From: Octopus sinensis
Lineage: Eukaryota
Direction of reading: 5' to 3'
NCBI RefSeq assembly: GCF_006345805.1
Contig: NC_043014.1
Span: 1,612,001-1,676,000 of the forward strand
DNA: 64,000 nucleotides
Position numbers and translations under genes: made by a program
In this document: positions 49,301 to 62,028 of the stretch, piece after piece
Layout of the letters: each line of letters begins with the position of its first letter
Position numbering within the stretch: position 1 is the stretch's first letter
Notes under the pieces: generated by a model
What the model was told of the DNA's origin: nothing
What the model saw: the letters and a program-made list of their open reading frames with translations, nothing else
Databases searched by the model: none

Positions 49301-49690
49301 CCGAATGATGTTGGCATCACCTTCAAAATGCATCCAAGGCTTGGACCACGTGCCATCCGTCCACAACAAAAATCTAAATCGCATCACATAACGACAATAC
49401 GGCACAACTATTTCACCTCAATTGGACCCGCTCTCTTCAACATTACACCAGGACACGTCAAAAAAGAAACTGACCACACAAAATTCAAGAAGTCTTTGGA
49501 CAAATTCCTTCAAACAATACCGGACAAACCACTCACACCCGGATATGTCTCCGCAAACAATAACTCTCTGCTCGAATGGGCCTTGGTGCCCAAATCCTGA
49601 ACTGAAAGACTTCGCCAGGTGGTGCTATTAAGTTAGACATGGCCTGGGCCAATACTGGCCAAAAACCTTTCTAAGTTATTCTAAGTTATG
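46352..49690 (+). mobile_element. CR1-group LINE, 5'-truncated, with a near-complete but disrupted EN+RT ORF2
   Basis: APE motifs (LTETHL, GGTGIYV, LYRPP, GDFNLP) and RT motifs (YRPISLTS, QHGFR, YLDFSKAFDRVDH, GVPQGTVLGPLLF, FADD), plus LQRRRERY. Frameshifts near 47106 and 47719; in-frame stop near 48875. Short (CTAAGTTAT)2 tail. Confidence 0.93.
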
Positions 49691-49812
49691 TATACATATA
49701 CATACATATATATACACATACATATATATACACATACATATATATATATATACATATATATATACACACACACATATATATATATACACACATACATATA
49801 TATATATATACA

Positions 49813-49851
<39 letters not shown>

Positions 49852-49924
49852 CACAATACGCCAGCTAAGCTCATTTGAACTGTCTAAAGTCGTAAGACAC
49901 CCGCTGTTTTTGTCCTGTTATTAC

Positions 49925-50205
49925 CATTATTGTTTTTTGTATTTATATTCGTGTGGCATCGTCCGTTTTTCTGTCCTTGTTTCGTATACATTCGATCCTT
50001 TTTCCAAGAAATCTAATGCTTGTAGCTTAGTTTTTCCTTGGGGCTGGCTGGATTGGAGCAATCTCAAGATTAATCAGCCGAAATTGCGTGGATGATCCGG
50101 TTCTTGACTGAAGATTAGAGGCTTCGAATGACCCGTCCGTTTTTTGTGTCGTCTCTTTGAGTGTTTTGCGTTCTGTCCCGTTTTGTATTTATACATAGAT
50201 TTTTT
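49925..50205. repeat. Unclassified ~290-bp interspersed repeat, copy 2
   Basis: Direct repeat of 44715-45005. Confidence 0.75.
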
Positions 50206-50477
50206 ATACATATATACATACATATATATACATACATACATATATATATATACACACACATATATATATATACATACATATATACACATATATATTTACA
50301 TATATATATACATATTTATATACATATATACGCATATATATATACATGCATATATATATATACGCATACATATATATACACATACATATATATATATATA
50401 CACATACATATATATATACATATTATTTATATTACCATATGATTGAACGTCACGCATCCTCTTCCAAGTAAGTTTTA

Positions 50478-50546
<69 letters not shown>

Positions 50547-50579
50547 CAGGCAGTTGTTGTTTGTCTGGATTCCGTATCT

Positions 50580-51600
50580 CTTCCTTCGACTCTCAATTTC
50601 ATGTCACTGGTCTGATCTGAGCATTAATTTGATATTTGGACACGGTCAAAATATTTGCTTTGCCAATTAACCACATGCACCGTATACTTTCTCTTCACTT
50701 CAGCTTTATTCTTATCCATATTTTAGTGTCCCTTTTTTTTCTGAAATCTTTCGTCACACACCTGTGACCTCTTTAGCGATACTTCCATGCCATATGTCTC
50801 CTCCTGTTCTGTTTAGTCCATTCTGTCTTTCTGCGAGGTGTATCTTTATCTGCGCATGCGTCTATATCGGTGTGTGTGTGTGTATGTGCGCGCGTGTCTG
50901 TGTTTTGAGTGCGTGTATTTGGGTTTACTTCCTGCACTGTTTGAACCCGTGTCTTTTGTTTGGTTTTTATTCGTTTATTTACTTTTTTCTCATTTCGACT
51001 GTAGTATGTTTATGTGTGTCTTGTGTGTGTGTGTATAGGGGTTTATATATTATTCTGTTTGTATCTGTCTTTAGTCGTCGGGTTACGCAGCGGAGGGGGG
51101 CTATTATTCCATTCATGTTTTCTTTTGAGGCTCCGACTATCTATTACTGTGTATGCATCCTCTGTAATCTGTCCTATGTGTTGATATCTTAACATCTATG
51201 TTACTAGCCGAACTTCCATGTTCTAGACGAGCTTTTCTCCTCTTTCTGCTTCCGCCAGTGTTCGCCCATCCGCTCACCTTGTTGTCTCCCCAATGTATGT
51301 TATTGTCCTGTTTCCGGACCGTCTTTCAGTACACCATATACTATAGACTACATACTCTACTGTGGGCTCATCCTACATACTATACAACCATTCTCCGTAC
51401 AGGAGGAAGGGGCTTTCAAATGGACATGTTCTACAAATCTAGGATCTTATGAGCGTCCCTGGCCTTTCTATTCCTTTAATCGGTAGATGCAGGTTATCTA
51501 AAGTTTCCCTAAAACGTTATGCTAATTCGCCGTCATCAACAAACACGACACACTGGTATTTTCGATTGTCATAGCATGAATTGGCTTTATCCAGCTTCTT
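50580..51600 (-). mobile_element. Degenerate Penelope-like element (GIY-YIG endonuclease remnant)
   Basis: Manual translation of 51360-51255: VVYSIWC...TYIGETTR*, then RMGEHW after a frameshift. Outer boundaries uncertain. Confidence 0.6.
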
Positions 51601-51611
51601 GGTACTTTCTA

Positions 51612-51836
51612 TGAATTGGCAGAAACGTTAGCACGCTGGGCGAAATGCGTAGCCGTATTTCGTCTGCCGTTACGTCCTGAGTTCAAATTCCGCCGAGGTC
51701 CACTTTGCCTTTCATCCTTTCGGGGTCGATTAAATAAACACCAGTTACGCACTGGGATCGATGTAATCGACTTAATACCTATGTCTGTCCTTGTTTGTCC
51801 CCTCTATGTTTAGCCCCTTGTAGGTAATAAAGAAAC
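51612..51836 (+). mobile_element. SINE family B monomer
   Basis: Full head, core and tail. Confidence 0.85.
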
Positions 51837-52067
51837 ATTATTCCAGGATTTACACCCGTTTAGAGGTCAGATCTCATTTGCATCTTTCTCTATAGCTTTA
51901 CCTTATGGCTTCATCGGAGCCTCGAATATGAAGTGCAGTTATTTGGGAAAGAATTACGTTTGTACCTGTATTAGGGAACGGCGTCAACAAGGAGAGAAGT
52001 CAATGTAGGTGTATATAAGAGAAGTCTATGTCCAAAAGGTAATTGGATGCATTAGTGGAAATATATA

Positions 52068-52206
52068 GGCGCAGGAGTAGCTGTGTGGTAAGTTCCGGGT
52101 TCAGTCCCACTGTGTGGCACCTTGGGCAAGTGTCTTCTACAATAGTCTCGGGCCGACCAAATCCTTGTGAGTGGATTTGGTAGACGGAAACTGAAAGAAG
52201 CCCGTC

Positions 52207-52238
<32 letters not shown>

Positions 52239-52440
52239 TTGTGTGTGTGGTTGTCCCCTCAATATCGTTTGACAACCGATGGTGGTGTGTTTACGTCCCC
52301 GTCACTTAGCGGTTCGGTAAGAGAGACCGATAGAATAAATACTAGGCTTACAAAGAATAAGTCCTGGGGCCGATTTCCTCGATTAAAGGCGGTGCTCCAG
52401 CATGACCGCAGTCAACTGACAGACATAAGGATAAAGAATA
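52068..52440 (+). mobile_element. SINE family C, full length
   Basis: Head, (AT)n linker and 3' half. Confidence 0.8.
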
Positions 52441-52648
52441 TATATATATATGCGTACGCGTGCCTTCCGAGGCATCCGCAGATACGCATACACACACAGA
52501 GACATATGTACATACACACACGATACACAGAAAACAAAAATACACTTGTGAGTCAGTCCCTCTGTGCTGGCATCTTTTATTTTCTGTGTAACGTGTGTAT
52601 GTGTATATGTGTGTGTGTGTGTATGCATATATATATATATATATATAA

Positions 52649-52790
52649 TCATTTAACGTCCGTTGTCCATGCTGGCATGGGTTGGATGGTTTGACCAGGG
52701 CTGGTAAGCTGAGGGTTTACCCCAGACTCCAGTCTGATTTAGCATGGTTTCTACAGCTGGATACTCTTCCTGACGCTAACCACCACGTGG
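52649..52790 (-). mobile_element. RTE 3'UTR-type repeat
   Basis: Reverse complement of the core. Confidence 0.65.
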
Positions 52791-53884
52791 GTGTAATCAT
52801 ATCAATGGATCAAAACAGTTTCAGATGCTAGTCTTCAGTCAAAAATGGCTAGCATCTCTCTTGAAACTCTGAGTACCAACGAATTTTAATCAAACTGTTT
52901 TGATTCATATATGTAACTCAAAATAAATATGTTGAGTGCCCTTCTTTCGTTTGTCCACTTACTCGTGTGTGTGTATATTTATATACACACACACAAAACA
53001 AAAGATGCCGGCGTAGACTTACAAGTATACATATGTTTTAGGTGTATTTGTGTGTGTATTATATAGCCGGAGAAGGTGGGGGTGACCCCGTGTCTGCGGG
53101 GGCCTCGGAGTGCACGCGAACGTTTATGTACATACGTTTCTACTAATGCATCTAATGAACTTTTGAACATTTTTCTTATATACACCCGTATTGACTTCTC
53201 TCCTTGTTGATGCTGTTACCTATACAGGCACAAACGTATTTCTTTCCCAAATAACTTACACTTCGTATTTGAGGCTCCGATGATGGCTAAAAGGTGTTCT
53301 TCAGGCACTCAACTACGAGTCCGCTGCATCTTATGGCAGAAACAGTTGTTTAGCTAATGAAGGTTATAAGATAATCCTTTATTCCTGGAAGCAAAACACC
53401 AGCTTGTTCCAGATAGAGATAAATCGCTGTGGAGAGAGTGTTGTTGCCTTTGAAACATAATGGGGAAGATAAAAGGGACACTGACGGGGTCAAAAAGGAA
53501 GCCCTTGTTGGTTTGGAGTGACCACAGGTTTTTACACATTTGGCATAAATGTGCTGTATCTAGTAGGAAGACTTAATGGGGTGAAATAGGAAAATTTTAG
53601 TGGAGTTTGCAAGGAATGTGGTGAGTAGAAAGCAACTTTGGGTGAGGAGAGGTGGCCAGATGGATTCAATAAAAATTGGTAGATGTACAGTGGATGTGAT
53701 GTGTAACAAAGTATTTTGCTTCAGAGATGGCCGAGTTGTAGCAAAGGTAATTAAAAATCACCGTAATTGTAGAAGAGGGTGGCTTTTTTTTACCTGCCAT
53801 ATTATGCAGGGTAAATTATCCTTATCTTACTGCAGTGTCAATCTGGGTTAACGGTTCTGCCAGCTCACTGCCTTAATAATAAAT

Positions 53885-54145
53885 GATGAACTCTCCCATT
53901 GAAGCCGACAAACAAGTGTCCAGCTTTTGCCAAACATCATGCACAAAGGATTTGCTTATAATGATCAAATGTACGTGATGTACAATAAGCTCATTGCCAG
54001 AACAGGTGTGTGGTGTACCACACGTCAGGTGTCAGTGGTTGCAGAGATGAAGTGTTTTGCTCAAGAAAACAAGACACCACCCAATCTACGAATTGAAACC
54101 ACGATCTTACGGTCGTAAGTGCAACACACTAACCACTAGGCCATA
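53885..54145 (-). mobile_element. tRNA-derived SINE (family A head, different tail)
   Basis: tggcctagtggttagtgtgttgcac...ggtttcaattc head. Confidence 0.6.
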
Positions 54146-54160
54146 GTAACAACAATAATG

Positions 54161-54554
54161 ATAACCCTTTCTACTATAGGCACAAAACCTGAAATTTGAG
54201 GGCAGGGGGGGATAATCGACCACATTTGACCCCAGTATGCAACTGGTACTTAATATATCAACCCGGAAACAATGAAAGGCAAAACTGAGCTCGGTGAAAT
54301 TTGAACTCAGAATGTAAAAACAGACAAAATACCTATTTCTTTACTACCCACAAGGGGCTAAACACAGAGAGGACAGACAAACGGATTAAGTCGATTATAT
54401 TGACCCCAGTGTGTAACTGGTACTTATTTAATCGACCCTGAAAGGATGAACAGCAAAGTCGACCTCGGCGGAATTTGAACTCAGAACGTAGCTGCAGACG
54501 AAATACCGCTAAGCATTTCGCCCAGCTTGCTAACGACTCTGCCAGTTCACCTCC
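54161..54554 (-). mobile_element. SINE family B dimer (younger unit joined to an older-tail unit)
   Basis: Junction at 54332/54333. Confidence 0.8.
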
Positions 54555-54589
54555 TTAATAACAATAATAATAATAATAAAGGAATCACA

Positions 54590-57115
54590 ACAACAAATAA
54601 TGATAATGCACAATTTATTTTTTAAAAATTATCCCCCCCCAGCCCCACCCATCCCGGGTCAATAGCCAAATCAACGTACACTTCCGGGTATATATATTAG
54701 TTGCATAAATACATATGTACATGCTCTCTCACACACACACACACACAAGCACACGCAAATGCGCATAATCATCCATAATAATAATGTTATAATAATAATA
54801 ATAATAATAATTTCATTTTGCCCCACTCATTATTATTATTAGTCTCTTTTTAATGAATTTAAAAAGTCAAGAAACAATGTGTGTGTGTGTATGTATGTAT
54901 GTGGGTTTAAGAGACAGTGCATGTGTGTGAGTGTGTGTGTGTGAAAGAGAAAATTTTGTCAGATGCTGCCAACGATGGCAATAGCAAACATTAAAAAAAA
55001 AATGAAAAAAAGGTATAAAAACCAAAAATGAATCCCTCCGCCCAACACTCCCCTGGCCGCCCCACTCTCATTTGACACCGTTAATGACTACTTCTAATTA
55101 CATTTTTAAGGAAAAGAACCCATTAAAAGAAGAGAGAGGTGTGTGTGTGGTGTGTGGGGCTGGGTGGGGCTATATATGTCGGGGGGTAGGGGTACAGGCA
55201 GGGATTATATTGATAAAAGAAAAAATGTCCACAGCAGTTGTCCAGTGAAGTCCTCACAGCCTTTGGTATCTACCTATATAGATTTATATAGAAACCTTCA
55301 CAGAAGATAGCTTGTTACAGGTGAATTGTTTATCTAAGTTACAGGTGTAATTGGCACAAACTTCAGCCTCACTGACTTTTCCTCACATTCACACACATAC
55401 ATATACACACACACAAGTATGTGCACACATATAGGACGCATTAAGTACACACATTAAAGGTAAAGATCCCCTTTCGGTCATGAACGACCATGGGATTGCA
55501 CCTAGAAAGTTCCCCCTTGAGGCACAAGTCCAGGCAAGGTTGGTTCTAGAAGACCAGCAGTCGCCCATGCATACCAGCCTCCCCATCGCTTTACACCACT
55601 GATGTTATCCAAAGGAAAGGCAAAGGGGCCGATACAGCTTGGCACCAGTGACATCGTAACTCGTTTCTACAGAGAAAAAACACAACACACAGCCCAGTCC
55701 TGGAATCAAACTCACAACCCCACGATTGCAAGCCCAATGCTCTCACCATGTGAACCATGCACCTTCATATACATATAGTGTGTACATGATTTACTTAAGC
55801 ATACACAAGCGTATACACACACACACACACATAAAGAGAGGCACAGATACAGGTTATTATTATATTTGTGCATGCTTCCATTTCCAACTGTAGTAGTTAA
55901 TAGTATAATAATGATTATGATGACGACGACTGATTGTTAGGGGACAGCACACAAGGCCCTTTAAACAAGAACGGACAACAGCAAATAGAAGTGGTAGTGA
56001 GATGGACAAAAAAAGGGTTACGTCTACTAGCATAGCTGACAACTGAACAAGGGGACCACAAAGTTCTTCCCCCTAGGCCAAACATTATTGCAACTCGTCA
56101 GGTTTGCCACCACCTTTACTAAAACTCTGGACACACGGACACACACAGAGTAACTAGCAAAAGAACTGGGAAATCTCATTTTTAACTATTTTACTGAAGA
56201 CGGAAGGCAATGATGAAAATGAAAAGGGACGAAGAAGAATGAAGAATGAAAAACACAGAAGAAGGAAAGTACAAAGAAGAATTTAGGAAGACCAAAGAAT
56301 GAAGGAAGACCAAAGGAGAATGAGAAAAAAGAAAACAAAGGAATGAGGGAGAATGGAGAAAAGGGAAACAGAATGAAGATGAAATATATTGAAAGGGGTT
56401 TAAAAATTTGCTATTTTAAAAATAGGGAGTTTAGGGGTGTGGTTGCTCCCACTAACGAACCTATTAATTACTATGTTATTCCTTCGCTGTGTTTTTAATT
56501 ATTACTTAACTAACAGCTGATACTTCACCTTCTCTCATTCTCTAAGGTGGTGGTCACCGATAGCTCTGCAAGCAACAGAACCTGACATTATATCTGTATT
56601 TCCATCACACCCTTTGTGTGTTTTTTGTTTTTTTTTTGGGGTTTTTCAAGTATTTAAAGGAAGGAAGGAAGAAAGGCAGGCAGGAAGAGTTTGTCACTAG
56701 TGTGTTGAAGAAAGGCATGACTATCACAAAATCTCATTTTCCCTGCCCCAGAATACATAATCTCTCTCTGTCTGTCTGTCTGTCACTCTTACTCTCTCTC
56801 TCTTGGGCCTGGTGTCTGCACAACGTACTGTCACCGCAACCACCATCATCATCATCATCATCAACACATTCTTATATGTATATATAAAAAAAAAACCACC
56901 AACAAAAAACTGGTAACTGAACCGATAACAGAAAAGGGGAGAGTAAGGAGGAGGGGGTGGAGGAGGAGGAGGGGCGGTAGAAAGACTCAGAGAAGTGGAG
57001 TGGGGGGAGGAGGCACAAGTGAGCTGTGAACCAGCTGGAAGTGCTAGCTGCATGACTAAAACAGATAATGGCCCCTTTTCTTTAATTAGGGAACTCATTA
57101 TATGGCTGCATAAGC

Positions 57116-57149
<34 letters not shown>

Positions 57150-57247
57150 GGGTTTTGTCTTATTTTCTTCTCTCTCGCTCTCCCTCTCTCCCCCCCCTCT
57201 CACCTCCTCCCCTCTCTAGCTTCCATTCTCCCTCTTTCTCTTTCTGG

Positions 57248-57279
<32 letters not shown>

Positions 57280-57283
57280 AGGC
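54590..57283 (-). other. Putative ~2.7-kb 3'UTR of USP25/28 with a candidate poly(A) signal at 54614-54619
   Basis: AATAAA on the minus strand followed by a GU-rich tttgttgttgtg. The end is not otherwise verifiable. Confidence 0.3.
55445..55765 (-). mobile_element. tRNA-derived SINE, family A
   Basis: Homologous to 209-486. Confidence 0.7.
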
Positions 57284-57666
57284 TCAGGTCTCTGAAGATA
57301 TGGTTTCAATTCCCTCGTCCTGCACGTCGTCCTCATCCACAGCAAGTCCAACATCATCGTCATCATCACTACCACCAATACCACCACCACCACCACCCCC
57401 ACCTATACCAATGCCACTGTTGTGGTGGTCATCGTTGTCATCAACATTGTATTCGTCATCAAAGATTTTGCTCCTGCTTCCGTCGTTGTCCGATAAGTTA
57501 CGAAGAAATCCATGCTTTTCACAGAGGCTGATGACATGCTGGTAGCTGCTGGCCAGATTCTGCAGTTCCGATGGTGGAGTGGAACCGAGGTCAGAGGCAG
57601 ATCTTTGGGCCGCTGATGGTTCAAACAGTTTGGAGAAGAAATCCTGCAGTTTTTCACTTTTGTAGC
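57284..57666 (-). CDS. USP25: USP25/28 terminal coding exon ((S)YKSEKLQDFFSKLF...ISSET*) with an acidic/Gly-rich tail
   Basis: ttcatttcag acceptor, phase 1. EKLQDFFSKLF matches USP25 EKLTDFLPKLL. TGA at 57286-57284. Confidence 0.88.
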
Positions 57667-57782
57667 CTGAAATGAACAAAGGGAAAATATATATATATAT
57701 ATATATACACATATATACACAAAAGTGAATGGTGTGTATATGTGAGTGAGTGAATGAATGTGTATGTGTGCATAGGTACAAG

Positions 57783-58185
57783 TTTCTTTACTACCCACAA
57801 GGGGCTAAACACAGAGGGGACAAACAAGGACAGACAAATGGATTAAGTCGATTACATCGACCCCAGTGCGTAACTGGTACTTAATTTATCGACCCCGAAA
57901 GGATGAAAGGCAAAGTGAATCTGAGCGGAATTAGATCTCAGAATGTAAACACTGTCGAAATACCTATTTCTTTACTACCCACAAGGGGCTAAACATAGAG
58001 GGGACAAACAAACGGATCAAGTCGATTACATCGACCCCAGTGCGTAACTGGTACTTATTTAATCAATCCCGAAAGGATGAAAGGCAAAGTCGGCCTCGGC
58101 GGAATTTGAACTCAGAATGTAACGGCAGACGAAATACCGCTACGCATTTCGCCCGGCGTGCTAACGGTCCTGCCAGCTTGCCACC
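57783..58185 (-). mobile_element. SINE family B dimer in the last USP25/28 intron
   Basis: Junction at 57963/57964. Confidence 0.85.
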
Positions 58186-58439
58186 TTATATGCATGTAGG
58201 TATATGTGTGAGCATGAGCATGTGTGTGCGTGAGCTGTGTGTGCATGTGAGTGTAGAGTTTGTCAGTGTGTGTTTGCTCTTAAAAAAAAGAAGCAAAAAA
58301 CAAATGCCTCTTTTCAACATTTTACAGCAGAAATAAGATATTTCCACTCAGAATTTTATTACCCTTAGCTGTAGAAAAAAAGTTGTAGACACCAATGTAT
58401 CATTCCTTTTATATCTTTTTCACTTTTTTCAGGCCACAC

Positions 58440-58625
58440 AGGATCACCGCCTTGGAGAATATTTAGTCCAACATAGGTTGTCAGGCGATGCTGTGGTGGG
58501 GGACAAACACATACATATACACACACACACACACACACACGATGGGCTTCTTTCAGTCTCCGTCTACCAAGTCCACTTACAATACTTTGGTCATTCTCAG
58601 GCTACAGTAGACGACACTTGCCCAA
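58440..58625 (-). mobile_element. SINE family C, decayed
   Basis: Partial homology around the linker. Confidence 0.55.
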
Positions 58626-59205
58626 TATTTATAATATATATATAATGAAATTATTGTATACAGTGCTCAGGTGCACCACAACTTGTCAGAAATGGATAAA
58701 TGCAAGCTCATTTATAATTAACATGTCGATGTGGCACATAATTAGGTTTTGTTTATTTACTTGTACACATTTCCAAATCAATTGTTGTTGTTGAGATAAT
58801 TGTGGCTAAGAAGTAATTTATCATATTACATTTGAAATCCTTTTTTTTTTTCTCAAACTTATTAGTTAAGCAGAAAACAAGACCTAAAACTACTGTACAG
58901 ATATATATAGCTATCACTCCCCCTACTAGGGACCCACCATGTCCCTAGTGCACATGAGAATTCTTACTACCACTGCTACCATTCATGAAGCAAGACCAGC
59001 CACTCTGAGAAGCTCTGCCCCAACTCATCAGTGTAAAAACACAACAGAAAAAGTAAACAAAGCGTTTGGGTCAAAGGAAACTGTAACCCTCTCGATACAT
59101 GTGGGGTATAACTGAAATTCATACAAGACAAAGTTATCTGGTTTCTCAGAGGAGAAACTATTGGCTTTGTTCACACAGTCATTAGAGAGAGAAACGGGAG
59201 CTTAC

Positions 59206-59392
59206 TATCAAAATCCTTGCCCACCACTGTGCACCACTGGTTTCGAATGGAATCTATTGCTTTGGCATCGTCAGCGTCCTCACTGTCGGAAAACTCTGAA
59301 ATACTGGACAGGATGTCATGGTGCATCAGTTTCAGAGTTTCCGTGACGTCTTTCTCTTCTTCAAATTTCTTGGCCGTCTCCAGATTCAAATT
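59206..59392 (-). CDS. USP25: USP25/28 exon (NLNLETAKKFEEEKDVTETLKLM...KAIDSIRNQWCTVVGKDFD)
   Basis: 187 nt, phase 0/1. Matches USP25 KLNEQAAELFE...AVEDMRNRWCSYLGQEM. Confidence 0.9.
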
Positions 59393-59459
59393 CTACAAAA
59401 AGACAACAAAAACAATTCATTTCAATTAAGTATCCAGATTACTCACTCAAATGCATCAC

Positions 59460-59640
59460 CATCATTACACGTCTATTTTCCATGCTGGCATGGGTTGGAC
59501 AGTTTGACAGGGGCTGGCATGGTTGGAGAGCTGCACCAGGCTCCAACTGTCTGTGTTTTGGCATGGCTTCCACAGTTGGATGCCCTTCCTAACGCCTACA
59601 ACTTCACAGGATGTACTGGCAGCTTTTTGTGTGGCACTCA
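59460..59640 (-). mobile_element. RTE 3'UTR-type repeat in a USP25/28 intron
   Basis: Reverse complement of the core. Confidence 0.65.
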
Positions 59641-60019
59641 AAGACTTCATTTAAGCAATTGCTTGTTTCTAGAATGAAATTGTAAGGTTAGCATGAGAGG
59701 CTGGGTCTCAGTAGTTTTCACATAAAACAATATTTGGACCAGATATGGGTGGTTTAAATGCTAAAGGGTTAAAATTATTATTTTATAAGATGTACGTCAG
59801 AATTGTGATGTTCTAAATTATTAAAAACATCAAATTACACAAGAGGCAGAAATGGGTGTGTTCACTTTGTAACAGTCTGAGTTCCATCTCAGGGTATGAG
59901 AATGGTGGCCAAGTGTCTTCCATAGCCAATGCCTTCCTAGTGGAATTGGTGGACAGACTCGATGGACACCTGTTCATAGACACTGATGTCATGTGATCGA
60001 TCAAATTATAGGATGTCGC

Positions 60020-60266
60020 TATACACCTCTGGTCACAAAGTGCCCTGCATTGTTTTAGCTTTCAAATGATGACCCACCCTGCTGGCTAGGAGAGCAGGCC
60101 AACACTCACCCCTGATCAGAAGACGAGTCTGCTGCAGAGTCACCCACTTACTGCTGAGTGGACAGGAGCACAAGTGAAATGAAGTATTTTGCTCAAGAAC
60201 TGATCTGAGAATCAAAACCGCAATCTTGTGATTGAGTGCAACACGCCTAACACTAGGTCACACGCC
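60020..60266 (-). mobile_element. tRNA-derived SINE, decayed
   Basis: Degenerate tRNA head plus cttgagcaaaatac body motif. Confidence 0.5.
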
Positions 60267-61024
60267 TTCACATGTACACACACGTGTGTGGTGTGTGTGT
60301 GTGATTAACTAGCACACACACGTATTTGCATGCAACCAGGTAGCGTGAATGTCAACATTCTGCATCATCGCATGAAACAGTTTGTGAAAAAGAACCAGGA
60401 AGTCCTTGTCCACCCCAGGATGACATAGAAAAATAAATTCATCTATTAGATTAAGTTACTGAAACAATAATGTAGTGTAATGAAGGTAGAAACTCCCACA
60501 GCATCTCAATAAATTAAACCTGGAGGGAGAAGTATTTTATGAAGAATGCCAAATTCAGAAACGTACTTAAAACATGCCATAAAATAAACAGAAGGATGCT
60601 CAACTGAAAGTCTGGTGGAAGTGATGTTAATGTAAGGGGAAATAACCCAGACTATTCTGTGAAATCACAGCTCTTTGTAACAAGTGAAGCAACCTGGTGG
60701 TCAGGGTTTTGGTCTCACGATCATAAGGTCGTTGGCTCCATTCCTAGACAGACTGCACATTGTGTCTTTGATCAAAGCACTTCATTCTACTCCAGTCTAC
60801 TTAAACTGAATACAAGCTGAGAGCTAGTGCAGCTCTCTCTCTCTCTCTCCCTTCCTCAAAGTGTCACATCCTTAATATTCTGTTGAGTGCTTCTCAACTG
60901 AGGTCAACATGACCCTTGGTGGGTCCATATAAGACCTTGTTGCTAAAGTTTATCTGCAATAAACTGGTTTTGCCTCTACAAAACAAAATAATTTTCTTTA
61001 CACAATTTCCAATAATATTCTTTC

Positions 61025-61385
61025 ATTTTCTTTTGTTTCAGCCAGTTGACTGTGGCCATACTGGAGCACAGCCTTTTAGTCAAACAAATCGACCTCAGAC
61101 TTAATCTTTATAAACTTGGTACTTATTGTATCAGTCTCTTATGCCTAACTGCTAAGTTACAAGGACATAAACACACCAACAACTGTTGTCAAGTGATGGT
61201 GGAGAGAGGGACAAACACACACACACGACATGCGTCTTTCAGTTTCCTTCTACCAAATCCACTCACAAGGCTTTGGTCGGCCCAAGGTTATAGTAGGAGA
61301 CACTTGCACAAGGTGCCACACAGTGGGACTGAACCCAGAACCATGTGGTTGGGAAGCAAGCTTCTTACCACACAACCACTCCTAT
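61025..61385 (-). mobile_element. SINE family C, full length
   Basis: Homology to 25725-26135. Confidence 0.75.
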
Positions 61386-61753
61386 ATAATATTTCATCAT
61401 AAAAATATAATGGGATTTTTTTTTTTAAACCCTGATTGGTGTAGAGGGTCCACCCAAGTAAAATAAGAATCAAAGGGGTCCACAGGCGGAAAATAGTTGA
61501 GAAACTGCTACACTTAGTGAGGGTCGTGTGGTTGTCCCTGTCTGACCAGAATGAGAGGGGCACCTAAAACAATCAGCAGAAGCGTGGTAATTCCTAGCAA
61601 GTCATACTTGCTGACAACAGGGGCTACGCAGCCTGTACAAAAAGGGCTAAAGTAGAGACGGCAAAGTATTTTTAAAAGACTTTGCAAAAGACACAAAATA
61701 CAGATCTGTAAACCAGAACTCCAACAACAGCAACAACAGAAAGAGACACTTAC

Positions 61754-61883
61754 CAATAAGCATTTTCTCCTGTAACACTTCAACAGATCATCATTCAAGC
61801 CTTTTACTCCATCAGGTGACAACTTATGCAAATGTCTATTTAGAAGGTAAGCATTTCGTAGGAAGTTTAACGCTGACTGAAAA
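61754..61883 (-). CDS. USP25: USP25/28 exon (FQSALNFLRNAYLLNRHLHKLSPDGVKGLNDDLLKCYRRKCLL)
   Basis: 130 nt, phase 2/0. Matches USP25 SLLFLICAY...RGHDEELISHYRRECLL. Confidence 0.9.
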
Positions 61884-62028
61884 CTGAAAGAAGACAATAA
61901 TGATAATAATAATAATAATGATGACGACAATAATGAAAATGGCAATTCTTTTAAATTTCAATATCAAGCCAGCAGTTTTAAGAGTACGGAGAAGTGAAAC
62001 AGAAATAAATGAGGAGAGAATAACTTAC

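Noticed and set aside
46352-49690. An intact, active LINE
   Set aside because: ORF2 is broken by at least two frameshifts and an in-frame stop region; this copy cannot be autonomous.
44715-50205. LTR retrotransposon defined by the two ~290-bp direct repeats
   Set aside because: No TG...CA termini, PBS or PPT; the interior is a non-LTR element plus microsatellite.
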